A stretch of DNA of 64,000 bases from Camelus ferus (lineage: Eukaryota). The stretch lies in NCBI RefSeq assembly GCF_009834535.1, contig NC_045697.1:42038001-42102000 (forward strand). Direction: 5' to 3'. Each line of letters begins with the position of its first letter. The first letter of the stretch is position 1. The notes beneath the pieces were generated by a model. That model was given only the letters and a program-made list of their open reading frames with translations. It did not search any database and was not told where the DNA came from. Positions 54,235 through 64,000 of this stretch are shown piece by piece. The position numbers and the translations under genes were made by a program.

Positions 54235-57200
54235 AATACATCTACAAAATACCCGTAAGAAAACATTTAAAGAATCCAATCTTAGTAGCCTGTTTGTTAA
54301 GTAACTGCTAACTAAAGAAAATCGATGAGTGAGAAACAGTTCACTTCCCTTCCCTCACTCTTTCCCACACCACCTCACCACTTGAATGATGAATCGAAGT
54401 GTGATACCTATGAGGGAACCAGCACTCTAGGTCCGACATTGCAGTGGCTCTAGTGGAGATTGTTTGAGCTCCAAGATAAATTCCAAGAGCCCGAATCTGT
54501 TTCCAGGAAGCAATCGAATTTCTTAAAATACCTTGAAAAGGTCCTGGGTTTTCACACACAATTGTTCTCACTACCTGGACTTCATGGTTAACTTCCATTC
54601 ATCCTTCAGCTCCTGGACAAAGGCTTCACTGGAGCCACTGCCACCCCTAATCTGGATGTTCCCCTTCCACGAATTCTCATGTCGCTCACAGCCTTTATCA
54701 CACTTGGCCATATGTTCGTTACTGCTCAGTCTTCTACTCCACAACTCCCTGAGGATATGGGTTCCGTGAACTGCCCAGACTAACTAGCATATACCAAATA
54801 CTCAAAAGTTTGTTTAAAAAAATGTAAGTGAATGAAGGAATCAGTGGATAAACAAACACATTGGTCAGTCTTTGGGGCCTAATAGAATTGATCGCAGAGG
54901 CCTCAAGTGTCCCGTGGAGTGCAAAATTCCTAAACCAGTTGATGTTATTAGACACCAATGCAAGGACTTCAGTGCAAATTCTCCCATCTAAATATAACCC
55001 TTTAAGTTTTTAGTGACTTAAAGCTAAACCGAACTTCAGGAACCATTGAACAAAGAGAACTCCCATTTGTCTCACTGAATGCTACTCTTAACTGTAACTC
55101 GAGTTAAAATTAAAGAAACATTTCTTCTTAGAACTGAAGAGTTTAAGTTTGAAGAAAACAGGGGAACTAAATAATGTACAATAGTCACGAACACAAAGTT
55201 TAAAAGAGTCACCAGAAGAGCACACCTGGAGAGGACGTTAATGGTAATAACTTTGTAAGTGTGTAGTTATTTTCCTGAAGAAACACTAAAGACCCTTTTC
55301 CTTTATTCATCTGAAATTAAATCATTCAAAACATCAGAGAGCAGACAATAATGGGAAAATATGTACCTGTTGGGATGGATCAGGAATGTCAATCTATATT
55401 TTATATTTTAAGCTTCAAAAGTTCCATATTCATTTGGTAAGAAATCAAAATGACTTAATGGGATGGACCATTTTTTAAAAGTTCAAATATTTACTTTGGT
55501 TTTGTTGTATGTTTACTGCCTCATACTTTGTAGACAGAATCTGCTCCCTTTTAAGGAGGTTTTAGTTCAACAGGGAGAAAAGTATTTTAATACATATTTA
55601 GATGTGTTCCCTACCCCCACATCAGTATCTGAGGGATTAGTAAAAAAGGAGAACCACTGGAACGCCCAATGCTGACAACCTGAGTTAGAAACAAAAATCA
55701 AATCAAAGCAAATGCTTTACCGTTGATAGGACTGAGAGAAACGACAGATACATGGCAATTGTACTGCTACTCTTAAGCTAATGACAGACATTATTAATTA
55801 ACCACAGTTCTTCTTCCTGAGGAACCCAGATACACCTCCAGATGCTACAATGTTCAGCAAACACAAGTGACAGGCAAAGGAGGAGGGAGCCAGCAAGAAA
55901 AAGGAGGAGAGAGAACAACTTAAATAGCATAAGCAGTTCCACCACAACGTCTCCATCACATTCAAGGAACATATGCTCCCACACGTGTGGGACCAGGAGG
56001 TGCATTTTTACAGCCAGTGTTATTTCCCTCAGCTCTGATGGGGAGAGTATCTCACTGGGCACATGTGACCCCAGAGCTTCTGCGTACACACGATTTCACA
56101 CTACACGACCGCTCAGCACAAACAAACCACTCCAAACGTTCAGTCAAAGAACAATGATCTGTTCCGTTGCTAGGAGAGAAAGCAAATATAAAACCAGCAG
56201 AGTTGGTAAAACACTGCAATTTGTGAGCGTTCGTGTGACTTTCAAGAGTCATTCTGTTCACATCCCACTGTCACCTTTTGTGTGGCCTTGGAACCTAGCT
56301 CCTTTGTAAAATGAATGTGATTGCCCTGTACGTGATATATGACTACAGAGAGCCGATATTTATCTGGATTCAAACTTTTCTTGTTAAAAAAAAATGTGTA
56401 AGCTGTTACTAACATGCAGATTTATCATTTTTCATTAGTAAAGCTTTATTTCAAAACTCTGTCCCCAGGAACAAAGAAAAGAGGCTTTCCACCTAAACCT
56501 GAAAATGAATGGGATTATCATACGTAGAGGATGGGGGAGCAATGACAGCAAGGAAAGGGAGCTTTTGTGTACAGTGGGCAGAGTGGGGAGAGCAAAGCTG
56601 AAGCAAGTGGGATAGTCCAACCCAGGAAAAATCAGGTATGCTGTCAATTACATTATCATTTCACGGCTCTTGATGGGGCCAGCTTTTTATTCAATCACTT
56701 CAAAGAAAATGTTATGCAAATAGGTAAGTATGGCTGAGATAGTCATTTGTCTACAGTGGACTCAGGTTTTCTCCTTCAAGTGCAAGCCCTGAGGTGCTTA
56801 ATGATTTCCTATAAGGACCGCTTCTTTTTTTGTCAATTAATCCTGTGGGTTGAACATCATCAGCCTTGCTTTATAGGCTCTGGAAAATTACTGGGCACTT
56901 TAAGTATATAAATCTTGTCCTAATCACTGAACCACAGTCCCCAATGGTTTATTATTTTGAGGTATTGACAATCCAATTTTTTCATTAGAATTTGAGGAAA
57001 GTGGGGAGATGGCAAAGTGAAAAAAAAATCTAACAGCTCTTCCACTTTACTCAGCATCATTCACATTATGCTGGGCTTTGATGTGTTAAACTTTCATCTT
57101 TAAGGAGATACCATTATTCTCATATAATTTGAACACATTTTTTTCCTTCAAAATAGCTAATTAATTCACACTTTAGTTTTAGATGAGCTGAATAGAAATC

Positions 57201-57288
57201 TAGCTTTACTGCACCGGAATATATTTAATTAACAGTTCCGTGAAAGATAAATAAATCCTATACATAAAAAGCCATTTTAAAAAATAGA

Positions 57289-57470
57289 AATCCTATTGTA
57301 TAGCACAGGGAACTATATTCAATACCTTGTAATAGCTTATAATGAAAAAATATGAAAAGGAATGTATATATATGTATAACTGAATCACTATGATGTATAC
57401 CAGAAATTAACACAACATTGTAAACCAACTATACTTCAATAAAAAATGTTTTTAATTAAAAAAAATTTTT
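57289..57470 (+). mobile_element. Cetartiodactyl-type L1 3' end
   Basis: tcctattgtatagcacagggaactatattcaatac...aactgaatcactatg...aactatacttcaataaaaaa. Confidence 0.85.
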
Positions 57471-57544
57471 AAAACCTTGGTTCTTTGGTGTTCAATTAGT
57501 GCTTCCACAAAAAAAACCAAACAAACAAACAAAAAAAAAACCAG

Positions 57545-58085
57545 GAATCTTGGTGGAACATACGCTATTTGGGATGTCCAGAATCCTACCTTTGGGGCAC
57601 CCTCCTCTCTCCCTCGGGCCATGCTGTTCCAGAGGGCAGCGCCATCCCACTGCCTTAGGTGCGCCTGGTCTTGATTACTCACAGGTCCTGAGCTCCCTAG
57701 CAACAATGACCAGCCCAGAAAGGGGGCATGTGACTGAAGCAGTGCCTGGTAGAGTCCTTCCTTAGGACAGCTATAGCAACACTGGAAGAACCAGCATCTG
57801 AGATGAATGAGGCTGCCAGCATCAACTCCTCTGCCCTGTAAAGGAAAGCCATCTGCACAGTGAAGTGATGCAGAGACAAGCAGACGTGAGAAAAGACTGG
57901 AGAGCGCCCTGGAATAGCCATCCTAGTTCTAGCTGCTGAAGCCCTGGTCTTGGTATATCTTCCTTTGATCCTTTGAGATCTGTCTCACTCTTCCCAGCAA
58001 AGTGAGCAAATACAATCCTATTTGCATAATCCAGCCTGAGTTGGGTTTAGTCACTTGCTACCACAAAGAGTTTTTCCTAATATCA
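57545..58085 (+). mobile_element. ERVL-class solo LTR (LTR16/LTR33-like)
   Basis: gggcatgtgactgaagc, and 3' end tttgcataatccagcctgagttgggtttagtcacttgctacc...cctaata. Confidence 0.6.
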
Positions 58086-58149
58086 GGGAAAAACACTTAA
58101 TGAAAATATGTCTGGGAAAATTTTCTTTAAAATAATAAAAATCTAGGCT

Positions 58150-59290
58150 TATAATACATAGAACTTCCCCTACCTTGCATCATACACAAAAACATTAATT
58201 CAATATGGGTATTAGACCTAAGTTTAAAAGCTAACACTTCTAGAAGAAAACATAGGAGAATAAATTCACAACCTGGGATTAAAAAGTTATTTTTAAAAGG
58301 ACACAGAAAAGAATAACCATAAATATGTATAATTTAGAATTTATTAAAAGTAAAAACTTCCATTCATCAAAGACATCACTTTAAAAAGGAACAGGCAAGC
58401 CATACATTGTCAAAAAATGTTTACGAAACATTTATCTGCCAGAAGACTTACATCCACAACACACAAAGGATTTCTACAACTCACTAATAAAAAGACAAAA
58501 AATAAACCAGTTTAGAAAATGAAAAAGAAGTGAAATGGTCCCTTTAGCAGGCAAAAGTTTGGTGGGGAAAATATATTTACATTTCAAAGTATCTTTCCAA
58601 AAATTAACTCTAATTTAGAAAGGGTAAAATAGTAACTTTACTGTGGAGAAACCTGGCAGACCCAATGCAATCACAGTTTACATCATCAAAGTCGGGGTTA
58701 ACTGCCATCACCTGCCTCTTGACGTGATCCTCTGAGAAGGACACATTGTCACTTCTGGGCTAGTCCTGCCCAAAACGCACAACCTGAATCTAACCATGAG
58801 GAAACACTACGTGAACCAACATCAGGAACATTCTACAAAATAACTGCTCTGCATTCTTCAAGGTCAAAAAAGAAAATGGTTAAGGAACTGTTCTAAATGA
58901 AAGTACACTGAAGAGATACGACAACTAAACACGATGCTTGACTTGGATGCTGAGCCAAAACAAAACATAGAAAAAGGGGATATTACTGGGGAAACAGATA
59001 AAATTTAAATATAACTGTAGATTAGATAATATTATTTTATCAATGTTAACAAAACAGTGCAGTTATGTGACTTGTTTTTAGGAAATACATACCCAAGTAT
59101 CTAAAAAAGGATAAGATGTCTTTATTTTCAAACAATTCAGAAAAATCATAAACAAACAGATACAGAAAGAGAGAATGATAAATGGAACAGAATGTAAATA
59201 ATTAATGAATCTGGGTAAAGGGTATTATGAGTTCCTAGCACTATTATAACTTTTCTGTAAATTTGAAAGTATATCAAAATAAAAAGTTAC
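58150..59290 (+). mobile_element. L1MC4-like ORF2 end and 3'UTR
   Basis: ttctagaagaaaacataggagaa, aatagtaactttactgtggagaaacctggcagac, tgaatctgggtaaagggtat...tcaaaataaaaagtt. Confidence 0.8.
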
Positions 59291-60185
59291 ACAACACACA
59301 TGCCTTACTGTATGCTGTCACAGAAGAGAAGCACTCTTTGTTCTTCACTGGGCCACCACCAGTAGGTTTCAAGTATGCTATTGCAATTGAAAAGGTACTA
59401 CCCTAGAAGTGAGTCAACATAGCTTTGGAATTAAATAGCTACCTGACCTTGAGAAAGGCATTTGATTTTCTTGGCCTCAGTCCTCTGAGCCCTGGAATAT
59501 AGAGGCTGAATGAACTATTTGCTGTCTAAGATTTCTGTTCATTCTAAAGTGTTGTGATTCTTAGAAATGGTCTTTTTAACAGCATTGTACTTCTAGAGGT
59601 AACGTGATTAATAGGAAAATTTTTCTAGTTCAGTGACAGCTAGAACTTCTAAAAGAGAAAAGACAATAAATAGAGCAGAAGTCTTGTTCTATTCCTGGTC
59701 CTTTTAATTAAATTGCTATGCCATTTTACTATCTTATCATTTTGTTTTTTTTAAATGTCGTACCTTAATTTAGAAGACTATAAAAACTACTACCACTGAA
59801 AAATCTGTATGACATTCTCTTTGTTTTTAATAGAACTAAGATTTTACTTGTTTAATAAATAATGTATAGTTTACTATATAGTCACTATTCTTAGTGATAT
59901 GTATTGTGTACATATGTGTATGTATATATGTGTGTATGTGCTTATGTGGGTAGACATACCATTTAATCCTTACAGCAATTCTTTGAAGAAAGTATGGGGA
60001 AACTAAGGTACCAAAAGGTATCTACAGTCCAACTGCTAATAAGTGGCTCTTTAAAAACATTTATGCTTTAAATCCAGTGGTTGTAGAGACTGTGTCTTAA
60101 TCATTATTCTACATCACCTCTCAAATATTACATAAAAATAAACTCTGGCATACAATAGCCCACGTATTTAAAAATGCCATGAGAA

Positions 60186-60739
60186 TCCAAGACATGGAAA
60201 CAATCTAAATGTCCATTGACAGATCACTGGATAAAGAAGTGGTATACTAGAATGGAATACTACTCAGCCATAAAAGATAATAAAATAATGCCATTTGCAG
60301 CAACATGGATGGACCTGGAGATTGCCATTCTAAGTGAAGTAAGCCAAGAATAAGAAAGAAAAACGCCATATGATATCACTCATATGTGAAATCTTAAAAA
60401 AGAAAAAGGAAGACACTAATGAACTCATCTACAAAACAGAAACAGACTGACAGACATAGTAAACAATCTTATGGTTATTGAGGGGGGAAGTGGGTGGGAA
60501 GAGATAAACTGGGAGTTCTAGGTTTACGAATATTAACCAGTATATATAAAAGAGATTAAGAACACGTTTCTTCTGTACAGCACAGGGAACTATATTCAGT
60601 ATCTTATAGTAACCTATAATGAAAAAGAATATGCAAACAAATGTATGTATATGTACGTATGACTGAAACATTATGCAGTACACCAGATATAATTGATGCA
60701 TAGTAAACTGACTATACTTCAATTAAAATAAATTAATAA
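60186..60739 (+). mobile_element. L1 3' end (intermediate-age, cetartiodactyl/camelid-type)
   Basis: caagacatggaaacaatctaaatgtcc...gccatttgcagcaacatggatggacctggagatt...gactatacttcaattaaaa. Confidence 0.9.
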
Positions 60740-60751
60740 AAATAAATTTCC

Positions 60752-61139
60752 TAAGCCAGAAAGAGAAAGAAAAATACCATATGAGATCGCTCATATGTGG
60801 AATCAAAAAAAAAAAAAAAAGCATAAATACAGAACAGAAATAGACTCACAGACATAGAATACAAACTTGTGGTTGCAAGGGGGTGGGGGGTGGGAAAAGA
60901 TAGACTGGGCTTTCAAAATTGTAGAATAGATAAACAAGATTATACTGTATAGCACAGGGAAATATATACAAGATCTTATGGCAGCTCACAGAGAAAGGAA
61001 TGTGACAATGAATATATATATGTTCATGTATAATTGAAAAATTGTGCTCTATACTGGAATTTGACACAACATTGTAAAATGATTATAAGTCAATAAAAAA
61101 AAGTTAAAAAAAAAAAAAGAAAAGCAAAAATAAATAAAT
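60752..61139 (+). mobile_element. Young L1 3' end inserted in the tail of the preceding L1
   Basis: Same family as the 9826 and 14262 copies; TSD aaataaatttcc (60740-60751) / aaataagtttcc (61140-61151). Confidence 0.88.
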
Positions 61140-62869
61140 AAATAAGTTTCCATGAGAAGAAGTGATCTGAGTAATAAAACTATTTATTCTTATTTAATAT
61201 GTATATATAAGAATAAATATCTTTGTGTATGTGTCAATGTGTGTGCATATATATGTGTATGTATATATATATATATACACACAAACACAAAGGAGAAGCA
61301 AATTCTGTTGTACACACAGTGCATATACAGCACCATTTCCCAGATCTATCACTAAGATATTCTTACCTTGATATTCATGTGCATATATTTCATTCTGAGC
61401 TTTCACTTTTAAAATTCTAATACCTGGCAGACCCTTCTATGTGAACTTTTTGCTGTAAGGACTTGCAGCTCTTTCCCCTTCAGCAGCTTGAAAGCAGTCA
61501 AGAGAAAAGCTCTGAAGCTGCTGGATGTCCGTTCTTTGCAGAGGCCAGCAAATAGAGCCCAGGCATGTCACAGCACACTTGATACTCTCAGCCCAGTGGG
61601 AGAAAAGAATGAGGCTTGTGTGCTTGGTTCTTTATGAGAAAATTAGCAGTGAAAGAGACAAATTCCTTTTGCCTTAAAAAAAGACACTATGGAGCACTGC
61701 GTCATTTCAGTCAGAAGAGTACAAAGTTGTAAGTCCTAAGAATTTTATTACAGCTGGACTAACACCTGTTCCCTCACTCCAGGTGCCAATGTCTGTAATC
61801 ATCTGTTTAGCCCAGTACGGCCTCCCTAGACACTGGAAAATTACTCATACAAATCCCAAACTCACCTTTCAGGGGACCTAGGTTGAGGGAAAAATAAAGT
61901 GAATAACTCTTAAGCAAGGGTATGTTTAAGTGGCAATGGAAATATCTGAGAGAAAGAAGCCAGGGGGTGACAACAGTATGAACTGGAACCCATCATATTT
62001 TAACATGTCTGACACACTACATGCAAAACTAATAATAATCACCAGTATTTATACATGGGACTTCTCATAAATTCCATATAATCCATACAATTCCTTATAA
62101 TCCTGACAAAACTCTCAAAAAGCAGGGCTGATGTCCCTGTGTATACCACCCAAATGGCTAAGGGGACTTACTTAAGCCATAAACCTAGCAAGTATCTGAG
62201 TGGGTACTTTTTCACTCTGGATCCTGAAGATTGTTCTTTTTTTCCTTTTTTTTCGCAATGAGCTACACTGCTTCATACTTACACCACTGCCTTATACAGA
62301 CCACTACCTTATATTTACTAGCATTCCCCAGAACTGAAGGGACAACTAATGTAATGATAGAAAAAAGAGTGAGCAATTAAATATTCATCCTATCATAGCT
62401 TAACATTGTTACAAAAATGTGTAAGACAAAGTCACCAGACTATTGAGAAAATAGTCTAACAGTATTTTCTTTTCGTACAGCTGCTTCAGAATTTTAAGAA
62501 TTAAACATAAAATGGAAACATTACATGAAGGGTCACTTACAAAAATTCAAAGATTAGCACAACTTAAATTACCATCTTAGAGTGAAGAAAAAAAATAAGA
62601 CATATTTTAAGGGGTGTAGAAAAATTCTGCTTTCCAACACTGTTATGAAATGTAACGCTCAGGTTAATTAAAGATGAAGTCTACTAATGTCTTTTATAAC
62701 ATGAACAGATAGCCAATTTCCAATTAACTAGAAAAATAATCATACTTATCATCAAGACTATAACAGGCACAATTTAGTATTGCTTTGAGATTCAGAAGCC
62801 ACTCAGAATCTTGTGCTAGTATTAAGGTCAGTTATCAGGATTTTATCATTAACAGGTCACTAAATAATC

Positions 62870-63250
62870 CAGCTCAAATCATCATTTTCTCCTTTCCAGC
62901 TACGAGCTGATGATATTATTCTTCCTGCTCCCACAGCTAAAATATTCTTTTTTTTCTACCCTCCCCATTCTCTCATCCTAACTAGCTTTGTTCTACTCTC
63001 ACTGCCACCTCTTTGCCTCATATCTTTATGACTTCATTCTAACCCCCAGTTTAATGCTTCTAAGGGTCCCTCCCTCAGTGCTACTGCCAGACTAATCATT
63101 TTCAAACATGAATTTTATACAGTTCAGAACCTTCAATAGCTGCCAACTGCAAAGCACATTATGTTTAAATTTAGCCTCATTTTTGAAGTGTCAAATCTAA
63201 CCCGGTATACCTTTCCAATTTATTCCTCATTACTCCCCCAATAAGCGCCG
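62870..63250 (+). mobile_element. L2 fragment
   Basis: ctctcactgccacc...ctactgccagactaatcattttcaaacatgaa...cagaaccttcaatagct. Confidence 0.6.
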
Positions 63251-63389
63251 TATGAAGCAGTCACCTAGATTTGTGTGCTAAATTTAAATTGTGTACTAAA
63301 TTCACAAACACACAGTGCTTACTCTGACCTCTTCCTTCTTGGAACTTACTACAACTAAAATCATCTCCATCGTCAGTCATATCAACAGC

Positions 63390-63622
63390 AACCAAATATC
63401 TTACTTACTATGCACCAGGCAATGTCATTAGTGCATAATATGTTTTAACTAATATCATCCTCACAATAACCTTGTGAAATAGATACTATTATTATCACCC
63501 TCATTTTACAGAGGGCCTAGAAGCAGTCAGGTTACTCATGCAAAGTCACACAGCTAGTAAACAGTAGAGCCAGAATTGAAGCCAGGCTATTTGGTTCCAG
63601 GTTTCACACTCAACCACTATCT
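63390..63622 (-). mobile_element. MIR, near full length
   Basis: cttactatgcaccaggc...tcctcacaataaccttgtgaaatagatactattattatcaccctcattttacaga...caaagtcacacagctagtaa...agagccagaattgaagccaggc. Confidence 0.85.
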
Positions 63623-64000
63623 ATATAACTCTCAATTACTAATTAATACAATGTACTCATTGCCAGTAACACAATCAGCTATTAATTATTTCACATATGC
63701 CTTTATCTCTTTAATTAATTAATTATAAAGTTATACAAAGTATTTTATTTCTTTGAGGGAGCCCCTTAGTATAAGATACACAGTTAGCCCTAAACAAATG
63801 TCTCCAAGGGACACTATTTCATTCAAAGAATAAATATTATGAATGACAAAGATCCAAGAATTATGATTAGTCAATATACATAGAATTAGACCTCTGTCCC
63901 CAGCAAAGTCCTCTGAACCAGGACTTGCCTGTGGGAAGAGCACTGAGAGGATGGAGACTGGAGCATGGGCTCGGCAGTAGCTCTCGTGGGATTTCTACAC

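Larger units (their letters stand above)
49305..64000 (-). other. ARHGAP24: ARHGAP24 intron upstream of the ATG exon (non-coding first exon presumably beyond the window end)
   Basis: Ends at the acceptor AG; no CpG island or promoter-like segment seen in 49.3-64 kb. Confidence 0.75.

Noticed and set aside
55842..56309. 155-aa plus-strand ORF
   Set aside because: Ser/Thr/Arg-rich with no recognisable domain, antisense within an intron, and no splice or promoter support.
57622..57642. CTCF-like ccagagggcagc
   Set aside because: The 5' part of the core mismatches and it lies in an LTR; not supportable without a PWM scan.
62282..63302. Short tandem duplications (accactgccttata/accactaccttata near 62285; ttgtgtgctaaatt/ttgtgtactaaatt near 63270)
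   Set aside because: Ordinary slippage duplications with no further structure.
1..64000. CRISPR arrays, tRNA/rRNA/snRNA genes, processed pseudogenes, prokaryote-like operons or a novel multi-gene system
   Set aside because: None seen; the window is mammalian intronic DNA. Small ncRNAs cannot be fully excluded without an Rfam/Infernal search.

Overview
AT-rich, CpG-depleted mammalian genomic DNA lying inside one large minus-strand gene, ARHGAP24 (FilGAP, a PH-RhoGAP). The only credible coding sequence is a 200-nt exon (49304-49105, minus strand): 20 nt of 5'UTR, an ATG in strong Kozak context and 60 codons encoding the N-terminus and start of the PH domain, flanked by canonical AG/GT sites. 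The rest is intron (one intron to the right, a >49 kb intron to the left). It is filled with old eutherian repeats (L1ME/MC/MB, L2, MIR, MLT1, ERVL LTR, MER20/MER58/MER33, Tigger2-type MITE), several younger L1 3' ends and microsatellites. The young L1 3' ends, plus no recognisable Alu, B1/B2, Bov-tA/BovB, PRE1 or Can-SINE, suggest a cetartiodactyl, probably a camelid (inference). I found no convincing new gene or novel biological system. The most interesting items are small: a 32-bp templated-looking copy at an LTR truncation junction, a template-switch-like inverted triplication, a CpG-dense Z-DNA tract with NRF1/E-box motifs, a poly(A) signal overlapping the exon's 3' splice region, and a candidate intronic promoter. 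Repeat subfamily names and boundaries come from recalled consensus sequences and are approximate.
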